From contig CM052823.1 in NCBI GenBank assembly GCA_028534125.1, forward strand, positions 70,308,001 through 70,372,000: 64,000 nucleotides of DNA, given 5' to 3'. The notes beneath the pieces were generated by a model, which saw only the letters and a program-made list of their open reading frames with translations, was not told the DNA's origin and searched no databases. The translations under genes were made by a program, and so were the position numbers. Positions 25,797-38,152 of this stretch are shown here, piece by piece (the stretch's first letter is position 1; every line of letters begins with the position of its first letter). The stretch is from Lama glama (Eukaryota).

Positions 25797-25950
25797 GCGG
25801 GGAGGGTACAGCCCAGCGGCATAGTGCGGGCCGCTATAGCGTGCACAAGGTCCTGAGTTCAATCCCTAGCACCTCCATTAAAAATTAACCTAATTACCTC
25901 CCCTCAACAAAAATAAATACATAAAAAGATAAAATAAAAAATTTAAAAAG
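25797..25950 (+). mobile_element. tRNA-derived SINE (Vic-1 type)
   Basis: ggggagggtacagcccagcgg...aggtcctgagttcaatccctagcacctcc followed by taattacctcccc and an A-rich tail. Confidence 0.8.
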
Positions 25951-26911
25951 CCTAATGGTCACAGCCACACCCCTCAATAAATAGAATTCACTTCAAATCT
26001 GTAACACAGACTTTTAAGGATGATGTGTATCTGGTGAGGTAAGGGGTGGGGTTAAATATCAGACAAGGTCCTGACTTCAAAGAGCTTGTAGGTCAATTTG
26101 GGAATGTATGAGATTCAGAATTCTGAAGAACTGACCTGTGTGGCTCTGATGGAAAATGCAAACATTTGGAGAGATGAGCGTCAGCTAAAGAGGTCAGAGA
26201 AGTCTATTGGAGGTAGACAGGAAGAGAGCAGGGTGGGGGCGTTCACCTTAGCTCTTTGGGTACTGTGGGGTTTTCCTTCTGGACGGCTTGTGGGAGTAGG
26301 ACAAGATCAGATGGATAAATACAAGGCCAGGCATGTGAGAAGAGGGAGAAGAGGTGGAGGGAGCACCTGGAAATCAGGTAGAGGGTTCCGCGCTGATGTA
26401 TGAGCACAGGAGAAGCCTATGTAGACTCATGACATAGGTTTACAAGATGTATTCGCTTTTTGTCTCGTAACCCTTCTGGCTGCCTAATGCACTGGTATTT
26501 TTCTGAGTTTCAAAAACTGACATAAGTTATGGCTGGAGAACAGGGAAGCTGATCTTCCTCAGGAAGTGTCCGTGCAATCCCCCGCCTCTTCCCTCTGGGC
26601 ATGTGTGGACCAGGCTGAGAGGCAGTGGGAGGCAGAGAGAAACTACCCCAGCCGTGGTTGGAGGCTGAGAGCAGAAAAGTTGCCCAAACCCAAAGGTCCC
26701 CCTCTGTATACAGTGACTGGATGTTTGCTGTTATTAAAGAACTGCTGTTCATTATTTTTGGTTATAATATTGTATTATGGTTCAGTTTTTCAGAAAGAGG
26801 CATCATCTTTTAGAACTGTATTTGGAAGTATTGCTGTATTAAATGATATGATGTCTGTAATTTGCTTCTAAAAAACCAGTGATGAGGTGGGAGGAATGGG
26901 GGAGCATACAC

Positions 26912-27559
26912 CAGGGATCGCAAAGTTTTTCTGTAAAGGACTAGATAATAAATATTTCGGGTTTTGTAGGCCATAGGGCCTCTGCCTCAACTGCTCAAAG
27001 CTGCCACTGTAGCATGAAACCAGCCACAGATGATACCTAACCAATGAGCATGGCTCTATTCATGGCTTCATATAATTTGCACATCACAAAATACAGCTGG
27101 CCATCTATGTCCATGGGTTCCGTATCCATGGATTCAACCAATAGGATCGAAAATATTCAGAAAAAGAAATTCCAGATAGTCCCAAAAAGCAAAACTTGAA
27201 TTTGCTGCATAGTGCCTGCAACTATTTACATTGTATTTACAACAATTGACATAATGTTTCTGTTGTGTTAGGTAGTATAGTATCTAGAGATGATGTAAAA
27301 GCAGATGGGAAGGTGTGCATAGGTTAACATGCAAATACTATGCTATTTTATATAAGGGATTCGAGCATGCTCAGATCTTAGTATCTGTGGAGGAGTCCTG
27401 GAATCAATCCCCTGTGAATACTGAGGGACGACTGTATTATCTTTTAAAAATTCTTTTTCAACAGTTTAAAAAGTATGAAAACTATTCTGAACTCATGGGC
27501 CATGCAAAAATGAGCAGTGGGCCACATCTGGCCCATAGACTATAGTTTGCAAACCCCTG
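26912..27559 (+). mobile_element. MER58B-like hAT-Charlie element, split by a MER2-like insertion
   Basis: caggg...ttttctgtaaagg...aaatatttcgggttttgtaggcc at one end and gtttgcaaacccctg at the other. Confidence 0.75.
27094..27434. mobile_element. MER2-like TcMar-Tigger element
   Basis: ta|cagctggcc...ggttccgtatccatggattcaaccaa...actgagggacgactg|ta, with TA target duplication. Confidence 0.8.
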
Positions 27560-27829
27560 GTACAGACAAAACAATGTTCACCATAAATTAACCACTATTA
27601 AAGGTAGGAAGTTCATAGAGTTTGATTGTAGGAGTCTGTCTACTTGCATTATGTTTTAAGTTTTTCATGTAAAATATTAAAAAACTAAGAAGGAAGAGTG
27701 TCTCCCCTTCCTTCTTTGCACCTCTCACTGGGTGGGAAGTTGGTCCAGCACCACACACCCTGACTTTTGTCAGTGATGCTTCCTGAGCTAACAGAGTTGT
27801 CTAAGGTCCGCTTCCGGTGACGTTGTTAC

Positions 27830-27948
27830 CTGCCCGTAGTTCCAGGGCCAGGGGGTGATGAATCTTTCATGACCCTTGTAAACAAAGCCATAGTCCATCA
27901 TGATATACTCCTGCAGCAGTATTTCACTTGGCAGGTAGACGTCATCCT
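27830..27948 (-). CDS. TGM7: Transglutaminase 7 exon 4
   Basis: DDVYLPSEILLQEYIMMDYGFVYKGHERFITPWPWNYGQ; 119 bp; canonical splice sites. Confidence 0.95.
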
Positions 27949-28539
27949 CTGAGCAGTTGAGAGTAGAGGAGGAGGCAAAACCCCAAACCAAAAAACAAAC
28001 AGTAAGAAAATTAAAAAACAGTAATGACAGTATCTTGCTGGATAATCAGAGAAACAATGGGTTGGTGGCAATAGAAATTCAAGACTGGACTCCTTAAAAG
28101 TCCGTGTGCTTTTCTAGAGACCAGCAATATAATCTATACTTAAAAAAAAAATTCTTCCCCTGGTTGTAAAAGCAGCAAGCTTGTTATAGAGATTTGGAAA
28201 ATACAGATGATGGAAAGAAGACAGTGAAGATCACCCCTTTTCACTACTGAGAGACACCCACCTACGTTTTGGTGTATTCTGGCCCCTCTCTTTCTCTGCA
28301 CGTACATGTGATAAAGTTAGAATCACGTGTGTTCCATTTCCTAATCGATTTCACTTAACATCACACCATGAACATTTTAGTCATCCCATTAAAAATTCTC
28401 TGTAAAGATGGTTTTTAGTGAGCACATGGTAACACCTTGCATAGATGTGCAGCATTCTCTTTTCTGGACTTTCTAAGTAGACCCTCACAGAGCGTTCCCA
28501 ATAGATCAGTTAGCATCACAACCTATGAGCGAGTCATAC

Positions 28540-28785
28540 CTGCACTCCAAGGGTTAAAAAGCAGGATAAAAGTCCCCAGCAGGTGGGTCAGGCTGTGACC
28601 CTGGCCCTGAGAGATCTTGATCTTCAAAGTGTAGGGACCAATGACTGCACTGGCCGGTGTGAAAAGGGAGACAGAGAGTGAGTTGGCATTGATGGTGAAG
28701 TCAGAAGCACTCCAGACATTTCCTTGTCGGGCCGAGGTGAGCAAGAAGGTGGCTCGGGTTCCCAGCAGCTCTGTGGGCTCTGGTC
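28540..28785 (-). CDS. TGM7: Transglutaminase 7 exon 3
   Basis: PEPTELLGTRATFLLT...[13 protein letters not shown]; 246 bp; AG and GTATG sites. Confidence 0.95.
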
Positions 28786-29166
28786 CTGTGTAGGAGAGCA
28801 TGATCCCAAAATGAGGCTCAGAATCTATGTGACACAATTCCAGGGGGACTGAAAGTACCCTCACCGCCTCCCACCACTTGTTAATCCTTTTAGTGCCACT
28901 GGGTGTCCTTGGGCAAGCACTTAAGATCTGTGGGTCTTCGTTTTTCTAATCTGTAAAATGGGATCATAGTAGTACTACCTGATAGTCTTAACAGGGTTAA
29001 ATGAGATAATTTGTGTGAATTTAAAAGTTGGCTGTTATTATCACAACCTTGGTTGCTGAATTGGCCAAATCTTTTTTTAATGACACTAATAGGGTCCTCA
29101 GGGTCCCAGGAGAAGAGAGGGGAGGGCGACTCCAGGTGAATTTTGCCTTGGGAGGGGTGGACTCAC

Positions 29167-29349
29167 CTGTCTCAGCGATGAAGGTGATGTGGTCGGTCCC
29201 AGAATGGAAGGGTCGGCTGAAATGCAGCTGGATTGTGAAGGACTGGCTGCGGCGCACGATGAGCCGCTGCAGGCCCATCTCCTGCGTATGATGCTCCTGG
29301 TTGTTTCTGGAGCTCTGCAGGTCAGCCGACCTGAGCTCCAACGCTGCCA
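29167..29349 (-). CDS. TGM7: Transglutaminase 7 exon 2
   Basis: AALELRSADLQSSRNNQEHHTQEMGLQRLIVRRSQSFTIQLHFSRPF...FIAET; 183 bp; AG and GTGAGT sites. Confidence 0.95.
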
Positions 29350-30113
29350 CTGGGGGAGGGGGGTGACAGGTCACTACCCAGATGTGGCTCCCTAGGCTCA
29401 GCATCCTGTGACACGTCTCAACATTTCTGTGGCACCTGGCCCTGACTTCAGGAAGATTGTTGTCCAGATCTTAGCCCCTCTGCCACCTGCCCCCTAGTTT
29501 CACTACTCAGCCTCAGAAAGCAGTTTGGCTCCATGATCCCCTGACCTCTGGACCTGGACCTGGAGCCACAGTGCTGAAGAACTGGGGTCCCAGAAAGCAC
29601 AACCTTTCCAGATAACTGAAATGTAACCCTTAAAGTGCTACGAGGTACTCTTAAATCACTTTTATTGACAAGCTTTCTAAAGGTTACTCTATTATCCTGA
29701 GGTTAGAAGAAGGAGCATATTTGAATTTTGTATGAATTAAGTCAATGAGCTGACTGAAAGCTGGGACCTCAGCTACGGACAAGTCCCTGCTTTAGGACAT
29801 GGGGGTGGGTGGACACCTCAGGGTTACTTGCTGCTTATTTCTTGCTTCTTGGACATGTTCCAGGTGAATGAGGGCCCTGGTTGCTTCCTGGGATGCTATT
29901 TGTGTACACTTAGTGTATAATTTTAAAACTCTCATAGCCCAATGGGTAAAGTGCGGGCTCTCACCACCTTGGCTGTGAGATCTTGAGCAAGTCACAATGT
30001 CCCTAGACATCAATGTCCTTTGCTGAAAAATGGACACAAGGGCGTTCCTATCTCCTAGGGTTCACGTGGGCATTAAGTGAGAATCACATGTAAAGTCCTT
30101 AGCCTACTGGCAG

Positions 30114-30679
30114 TGAGGTGGGAAGCCCCATAAAAAGACCGGTAGGACCCCCAGGCAGGGCCACTACTCTCCTGCTAGCACCATCCTGTTCCCTGGCCCA
30201 GAGGCTCTATCTCACTTTTTGCCTCTGAAACAGCTTAGTTACCCCTAAAATTCTATTGGTTCCCTGAGCTCACTTCTGATTGGTTATTTCCTTCACTCCT
30301 GATTGGTTATTTCTCTCACTCCTGATTGGTCCATTTGTAGTACTTCATTAGCATGGAGCTCACTCCTGATTGGTTATTTCTCTTCCTCCTGATTGGTCCA
30401 TTTCTACAAAGCTTGTTCCTAATTAGTCAACCTTTGTTATACCTTATTTGCATATGATGTTGCAAAGTGTAAACTGGCAGCCTATAAAAGTCTGTGTAAA
30501 CATGCTGATGGGGTCCAGCGCTTGGAGTGCTAACTCCTCTGGGCCTGCTGGTGTAATTAACCTGAGTTCTTCAGCCCTCTGAGTGCTGCTTGGTCTCTCG
30601 CCTGGATCCAGGTTGCTGTCACAACTGAGCCATAACACTGAGCTATAACACTGAGCTGTAACACATTTTTTCTGTAACA
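30114..30679 (+). mobile_element. ERV1-class solo LTR inserted in a MIR
   Basis: TG...CA termini, exact 4-bp TSD GCAG (30110-30113 / 30680-30683), six ATTGG boxes, octamer, TATAAAA at 30483. Confidence 0.85.
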
Positions 30680-30830
30680 GCAGGTGCAGAGTAAGTACTC
30701 ATTCATCATTAGTTGCTCTTAGTACTGGTAATAATGCAGCCTCAGAATGCATTTGCTTTGCTATTTTGGTGGTGATCTTTATTGCATTTACTGTCAACAA
30801 AAATTCAGTAGGTAGTACATCAGTTTATTT

Positions 30831-30915
30831 CAGTGGTTTTCCACTGGGGAAATTTTGCCCCCTGGAGGACATTTGGCAGAGTCTGGAGACATTTTTGGTT
30901 GTCACAACTGGGGGA
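30831..30915. mobile_element. MER20-like fragment
   Basis: cagtggtt...ttttgccccc...ggacatttggc...tctggagacatttttggttgtcacaactgggg. Confidence 0.8.
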
Positions 30916-30989
30916 GAGGCACAGCATCCTAGAGGAAGAACCTACGTTTGGTCCAGCCAGTTTTTGTGCCATTTGCATTTTGAATTTCC

Positions 30990-31420
30990 GCATGGGTTCT
31001 TTATGTTTTTGTTAAAAATGCATTCACTTTGATAGTTTCAGTTCATCTTTGCTACTTGGCTAGATTTTTTTGTGTCCTAATTCTTTCACCCAAATGCTAT
31101 CTTGCCATCTGGGTATTGGCTAAACTATCTTCCAGGTCTTTGGCTAGGTCATTGGTTATATGATGGTTTTAAGCATTAGGGCTTAAGTCAGAGGCCAATG
31201 GCGTTTTATTGTTGGAGCTTTCTTCCAGGTTAACACTGAGCCATTAGGAAATACTCTTTAAGTATAGTTGTTCAACTAGCTGTGACTACATCTAATTCTT
31301 TACATGAAGAAATTGGATTAGGTGTTTTTGAGTTTCCTTCACAGTCTAAAATCAAATGCAGCTTTCATTTTGCATCTTTCCCACAAATCTGTCAAACATC
31401 TGGCCAAAAACAGAATACAC
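30990..31420 (-). mobile_element. L3/CR1 reverse-transcriptase remnant
   Basis: Minus-strand translation fragments NGSVLTWKK and ITNDLAKDLED resemble CR1 RT motifs (INGS..SW, FINDL). Confidence 0.5.
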
Positions 31421-31937
31421 ACAATGGTCCCTTGACTCTCCTTCCTAGTAACAGTCTTTCCTTGAGGCAGATACAAAGAGGAATTACAGGATCAAATAAT
31501 ACAAAGTTTGCCAACCTCTGAGTGTAACTTTATGCTTTGTAATTTAATTTAATGTATGTTAATGTATTTTAAATTGTTGTATTATTGGAACCAGAAAATT
31601 CAGGGCAAGATCCAAGACAGATGCCTGTGAGTTATTCAACAGCATTTTGTAAACAGGTAGTAGTTGGTGAAATCAATTTAGAGAAATGTGACCAATATTA
31701 AAAAAAAAATAGACTAGAGTAGAAAATCTCACAATGCATCCCACAGAGGAAGAACAAGCATAATTTACATGTAACTGGATCATGATGTAAACTGTGGGTC
31801 ATAATAAAAAAGTTTGAAAACAACTAGCCTAGATCCTGGTGGAAAGTGCATCTCATTTGTTCCTGAGGGGCCTGCATTTTCATAGCAGGACCTGCTGATC
31901 CTTCACAGAAGCCTCTCCATCCCATACATAATGTCTA

Positions 31938-32280
31938 ATGGACATTCGACCCTGAAAGGTTAGATACCCTAAAGGGCAAGGAGGAGCACCCAGGAGTGTG
32001 CATCACTTCCACATGAGGCACAGGACTGGGGCAGCATTTTCCTGGCCACTGTCCACACCTGAAAGCATGGTTCCTAAAGGCAGCCAACTCAGCTTCCCCT
32101 TTACCCAGGCTGACTATTGGTTTAGAAAGGAAAGGGGAGGAGGATGGAGATGTCTTTCCTTCCATGCCCAAGGTTACAGTGCACGGAGAAAACTCATTCT
32201 CTATGGGAGACTCGGGTTTTCTTTTTTATTTCACTTAATATAATCATGCATTTGACTCACTGAAGTGCTTTTCGTGTCAG
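31938..32280 (+). pseudogene. DNAAF9-like remnant, putative N-terminal segment(s)
   Basis: FDPERLDTLKG ~ SCSRLRQVQS; PESMVPKGSQL ~ IDSRYNEGCREL; LTIGL...SMGDSGFLF ~ LLFGL...VLDDVIILI. Needs frameshifts; boundaries uncertain. Confidence 0.35.
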
Positions 32281-34266
32281 GGAGACAATGACTTCAGAGA
32301 ACAAAAGGGAGGGCCTTCAAGGGAGCAGGTAAAGAAAGCCAAGAGGTTCAGGAAGAGATTCAACAAAGCAGGAGATCAAGTAGAATCAATTAGTAAAAGA
32401 ACACGTCGGCGCCCACAAGGCCTCCTGGCCTTGGCTACCGGCCCACGGGGGTTAATGACGAGTAAGAGGAGCGTTAAGCCCTGGCCACATGACTCCTGGC
32501 TTTTGACTAATATAAAGACAAAGATATTAAAGGATCAAAATATATCCCCATGTATTATCAGCCTTAAAAAAACAGAGACTTTAAAACAGCTGTTTGCCTG
32601 CAAAGAGTTCTGAGATGCAAAGCTCCTGCCCTCTGAGAGATCAAAACCTGAGGCAGCCCTGCTCTCAAGGATGCCCCGTCTCCCCCTGGGGTCTTGGCTC
32701 AGAAGTAACCACCTCACAGGGGCGTTCCGTGACCACTGAACATGATGCCCCTCCTCCCACCCTGTGATCATTCACCATCACGACACCCCCTTTATTTCTG
32801 CAGAGCACTTCATAGCATCCAGAACTAGCTCCACGGGAGCAGAGACCTTGTCCATCTTCTCACACCAGACCCCCCATGCCTAGAATGGAGCATGGCTCCT
32901 CACTGCTGACAATCGTAGCTGGTATTCACTGAACACTTACCGCACGCCAGGCACGTCAGAAGCGTTCTATGTGCCCACAGACACTGACGTTCTCCCACCA
33001 CTGTGTGACGGAGGTTATATGTTCCTGACGTGCAGGAAGGGCAGAGCTGGGATCCACTCAGGGAGGCTGACTCCAGGGCCTGCTCCCTGAACCTCCGCAG
33101 TCTCCTGCCCGCCGTGGTGGGTTCCCAGTGGTACATGTTTTTGTGTGGGAAGTGTGAGGAGAGTAACTTGATAGTGGGGCTGTGGGGTTGGGAGGTGGGG
33201 AAGGGAGGAAAGCCTGTGAGGGTAGCAGGACCAGGGTGAGAGGCGGCCTGACTCCAGGCTGAGATGCTGTTGTTTGCTCGGTAGTAACACCTGGGAGGAT
33301 AAAATGTTATACCTTTCTGAGGGCGATTTATCAATATTTATTACAAAATAAAAGAAAGCCTTAAAACATAAATTCTTTTGACCCACAAATCCCTCCTCTG
33401 GGATTTTTTTCCTAAGAAAAATCATACTTTGGTATAAAAATGTAAACATAAGGATGTTCAGTGCAGCCCAAATATCCTACAGTAAGAGCTGGATAGTAAA
33501 CTTTATTCCTCTCATCTTGATGTAACCAACGGAAGGACAAAGAATGTGGGGAAATAAAACATAAAAATTTTAAAAATATGTCACAGATTAACCATAGGTG
33601 GGGAAATTATGGGAAATTTTTCTTTGAGTTTTTTGGTGTTGGCCAAACTTTTGCTTTGAATGTGTATTCCTTTTGTATTTGAGGGAAACTGTTGCTTTGA
33701 TTAAAGGCAGGTTTTTGAGCAGGAGTGGCACGATCAAAGCTGTACTTCAGGATTAATCCAGACCAGAGGGAAACAAGACTAGTGTAGGAAGGGCAGTGAG
33801 AACTCTGTTGCAATAATGTGGGTGAAAAGCTAATGAGGACCTCGGCAAAGGCGTTGGTAAGAAGAAAGGAAGGACCACCTCAGTGTGTGAGGGACTGGGG
33901 TCCTTGAGCACGTGGCAGGCTGGTAAACCCCTGGGGAAATACCTTGACTTCCAGGGCTTCCTAAGTCTTGGATGAAGACTAGGGCAGGCTGAAAGAATCC
34001 ATTACCCACAACATCCCCAGTAAGCAGGCTACAGGTAAAGGACTAGAAAGCTCCAGGCAGGGTTGGTGAAGGGTAAAATATCTCTGGCACAGCCAGCAGA
34101 CAGAGAGGGCTCCTGCCACCAATGTCAGGTGGGCTCAGCTCCTTCCCTTCTCCTGCCTTTGTCCCTGCATTTAGTTCAGTTCTCCATCATTTTCCACTTC
34201 TCATTATTGTTGTCAGTATGGGGCTCTGATAAATACTTCATTCTTTATCATTTCTTCCCTTTTCAG

Positions 34267-34431
34267 AAATATGAAAGGGGGCTCTTTGTGAGAGTGTATG
34301 AAGATTCCTATGTGATGAGATTACTGTAGAGCATTTCTGTGTAAGGATGAAAATGTCTTATTACCTAAAGGTTCAAGTCCAACTTCCTTAGCCAAGCATT
34401 CGCAGCCTTCCACAATGGGGTCCCAACATGG
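34267..34431 (+). pseudogene. DNAAF9-like remnant exon
   Basis: Strong pyrimidine tract plus AG at 34265-34266. VYEDSYV ~ EYEDEEA and FKSNFLSQAFAAFHNG ~ VEKWPIVQAFALEGIG. Four in-frame stops; GT at 34432. Confidence 0.5.
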
Positions 34432-35037
34432 GTATCCAATCTTACCTCCCAATAGCCCATAAATAAACTCTGCTTCCTTTGTTTTGTGACCTCCAAATAG
34501 ATGGTGCCCAGCTTTACCTCTGTATGGCCCCACCCCTTCCCCAATCTCGATGTCTCATTGTACCTTTTCTTTAAGCAAAACTCAGCATCCGCCTCCTCCA
34601 TGGAATCCTCCCCACGCATTTCAGAACATGGAGCTCTCTTAGCATCTCTAACAATAGTTTCATATTTAGCTAATATTTACTGAGTGTTATTAATCTCCAG
34701 GCTTTATATGCATTATCTCCTATCCCTACAACTACCCGACAGGATATTACTAATTCCGTATGACAGATGAGCAGACAGAGGGTTAGGGAGGTTACATAAC
34801 TTGCCCAGGGTCACTTACCTAGTAAGTGGCAAAACTGTCATTTAAACCTAGAGAGTTTGACTCCAGAATCTAGCTCTTAACCTCTGGCCAGTGGTGCTGG
34901 TCTAGAGGTTTTCAGTTTGTTTTTTTAAGGGATGTAAGACTATTGTGCTTTTTTCAAATAAAAACATCATAAACAGACCTAAGAGGAGCCAGTCTGGTGG
35001 AAGAACTGGGAAGGGGGTTCCCTTGGCTACTCTGCAG

Positions 35038-35337
35038 AGTCCTGGGGGTCTGAAGAACACAATGAAAACCACAGTCCATCTCAACTTCTTCATCCTAAAA
35101 TAATCCATCATGGAAGAACCAGCTCCAGGACCCATCTGGTCTCTTTCCCTTCTCTGCAGTTTCTTAGACTTTGAACCACTTATTTGTCAGTTAATCGTGT
35201 ACTACTATGGTGTTTCTTTGAAACATCATTTAATGGTGTCTACATGATTAACTATATCATTTGATTGTTTACACCCAGTGCTCAGCAATTCAAATAGCTG
35301 TTGGCAGGAGAAAAGTGTTAGTAGGCTGGCTCTACAA
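35038..35337 (+). pseudogene. DNAAF9-like remnant exon
   Basis: One frame gives NFFILK*SI...LSLLCSFLDFEPLICQLI...SLKHHL...ISFD...QEKSVS ~ GFFTMKYEL...LWNVYSKMDPMSLESLL...AFEHQW...ANFD...SESQAG. Two stops; AG at 35036-35037. Confidence 0.6.
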
Positions 35338-35595
35338 GTGAAGTTATTAGGTCTTTTGCAGCAAATATAACAAAGGATGAATATCCATTGTATATAAAAG
35401 TTTCTGGAAGTCTTGCTATAATCACAGAAATGCAAACTAAAACAATATTGAGATTCCATCTTTGATCCATTCAAAAATATTGAGGAGAATAACAACCTAT
35501 GTTTTGAGGGTACATGGAAGTAGACTGTCTCATATATTTCATATATGGTATGAGTGTAAATTCATACAGGCTTTTTAGAGAAAATTGGTTGATAT

Positions 35596-36178
35596 TGAAG
35601 GATAGCAGAATATGCCATTCCCTACCTAATATGGCACTTTGGCGTAAAGATTATTTTGAGCCGCAGGCAGCTGAGAAGAAGCAGGTACAGGAAAAGCTCT
35701 CTGCCCTCCCCCATTTGTCCAAAAGCAGGACATAACTTGTAAAGATGTCCCCTCTTTCCTCTCTACTAGGAAGGACAGAAGTTAATCACCAGAGACAGCT
35801 TTAGACCCTCATCAGCCCCGAGATGCACCAGATGAATCTACATAACATAGTCTATAGCTTAACTAGCTCTTATCTCCCATTAGCTCCCCACTATATTTAC
35901 CTTCCTACAATTTGCTGCTCTAGAAACTTAAAGTCCTTTTCTTTTGTCTTGTCACTTCTCTAAAAATTTGTTGTTCTCTTGTTAAGATACTGTGTAAGCC
36001 TAAGTTCTACCCACCCTTTGAGCTATCACAGAGTACTCCCACTGTATATGTGCAATGCACATGTTAAGAAACTTCTATTTGTTTTTTCTTGTTAATCTGT
36101 CTTTAGTCTAATTTATAGGCCCCCAGCCAATAAACCTGATCCATGGAGGGGAAAATGTTAAGTTTTCCTTCCCCTACA
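35596..36178 (+). mobile_element. MER34-like ERV1 solo LTR inserted into an old L1 fragment
   Basis: TGaaggatagcagaatatgcc...tttggcgtaaagattattttgagc...ttttccttcccctaCA. Confidence 0.75.
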
Positions 36179-37344
36179 GGATCCATCAAAACTTAAAGTA
36201 GATATTTCTTTGATCCCGTAGTTCTTCTTTTAGCAATCTTTCACGTAAAAAATATTTGCACATGTTGGCAAAGTTATATCAACAGCAACCTTCATTGCAG
36301 CATTGTTTTCAAGAGCAAAATATCAGAAGCAGTCTAAATGTTCATGAATAAGGCACAGTAACAAATTAAACAAATTAATCAATTTATTAAATAAATAAAT
36401 TGTGCTTCTATGCCTAGAATGGAAAACTAGAGTTCTTTATAAATTTTTGACAAACCAATATGCGCTGGCATGCAAAGATTTTCAAGATTATGATTAAGCT
36501 TTTTAAAAAGCAAGTCATCAGATAATACATATTACATAATCTTGTTTTATAAAACAACTTTATATAATCTACCATTATTTAAAAGCAAGTAGTCAAATTT
36601 TTAACACTTCTTTCCTATGAGGAAGGAGCAGAATTGGGAATACATTGTACGTCAAAGGGGGCTTGGGCTCTTTTTTTAATCCCAGTACATGAAGTTTTTA
36701 CTTTTTATAACAAGCATATATTTTTGTGTATTACTTGTTTAATTAAAGAATACTATTTTGAAAGATAATATAACATTTTAGGCTTACTCTGGTGGAGATA
36801 ACCGAGGGGGAAAATACCTTAGAATTTAGCACAAAAACACTCAGAAATCTAGCATATGAACAAGCCTCTTGAGAATTCCCTATTAAACTCTGGCTTATGT
36901 AAAATACAATGTGCATCTCTAATTTCTAATGGTTTCTAAGATATATCATTGAGAACACAGTTTTAGGAAATGTGTAACTCCATCTTAGTGCCCTCTCCTG
37001 GTGGGCCATGTGTGTCTGTCTGCCAGGCTGGCCCAGCCTGCTGGGCTCTGTTCTTCTCACTCCCAGCAGAGGTGTGAGCTCAGAAGGCAGGAGCAGCAGC
37101 TCCCTAAGGAGAAGCCAGACCAGGAGGAGAGGTCTAGGATCCCACAGGTGGTCCTCCTGAAGCTCCAGGATCAGCCACAGAAACAGCTTCCCGAGTACCA
37201 AGGGCACTTGGGAGTTAAGGCCAAGGTCCCTGTGGGCATCCTCAGACTCCCCAAGGCCGTTCCAGTCCCAAGATGTTAAAGAAAAGATTGTCCACAGCTT
37301 CAGGGTGAAGCTGAACCCATTCATAAAGAAAGGAATGATTGTAT

Positions 37345-38002
37345 TATTAGAGCAGGCAGATAGCTAGAGATGAGCAGAGAAAGGGGGACACAGACCAAAT
37401 GGCAGGAATTGGGCAGAAAGAAGGGGCACAGGCCAAATGCAGGAAGCCACACATGTAAGCAGCAGGGATCCTTGGGCAGAGAAAGAAAAGCAGGAACCTT
37501 GGGGCTGCTAAGGGATCATGCCTTTTGGGATGACAAGTGGCCTGGAGAGGAACAAAGAAAGATGAGAAAAGGCAGGAATTTCTAGTGTCCGAATGTAACC
37601 TTTTGCTTATTATGCCCTCATTTCAATAAAATTAGCCTTGCAAATCAGAAGTACCCATCATGCACCAACGCCATGACACTTCCGATCCAGACTAAATAAG
37701 GAAAAAAATCCCTCCTCCCTTTCGGAAGGTGGAGTTGGGATGATAATCAGGGAATACGACCCCAAACCCTTCCCTCCCCAGTGAATATTCTGCCCATTCA
37801 TTTTCACACCCTATGTAACTAACTTGACAAAGAAACTCAGGGCAGCTGCTCACCTGAACCTGCCTGCTCTCCCCTGAGAGTGTACTATCCATCTTTTAAT
37901 AAATCCTCACTTTACCTTTTTTTTTAACCTGTAAGTCTTGTCTTTGAATTCTTTCTGGGACAGGACAAGAACCTGGAACACTGGTTGCATCTATCGGCAA
38001 CT
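37345..38002 (+). mobile_element. ERV1 (MER41-like) solo LTR
   Basis: tattagagcaggcagatagc...cgccatgac...aataaa...gaattctttct...caagaacc...ggcaact, with 4-bp TSD GTAT (37341-37344 / 38003-38006). Confidence 0.75.
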
Positions 38003-38152
38003 GTATGATTGTGCCAGGGTCTGAAAGCATGTGAGAAAGTGGGAGGAGGGAGCCCGATTACATGATGAAATACCAACATCAGTTTAGGCTCTCCTGTCTC
38101 TTCTGTTCACCTTCTACCCTCTCCAAACATCTCACCTCCCTTGACACCGCAG

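Larger units (their letters stand above)
25100..25850. promoter_or_regulatory. Intragenic CpG island over TGM7 exons 5-6
   Basis: Sharp local CpG and GC enrichment; GGGGCGGGG box at 25553-25561. Confidence 0.65.

Noticed and set aside
30266-30400. CRISPR-like repeat array
   Set aside because: Mammalian DNA; these are tandem CCAAT units in an LTR U3 region with no unique spacers.
36926-37324. Overlapping 132-aa and 92-aa ORFs as a retrogene or extra pseudogene exon
   Set aside because: No recognisable homology, polyA tail or TSD, and I could not place it in the DNAAF9-like chain.
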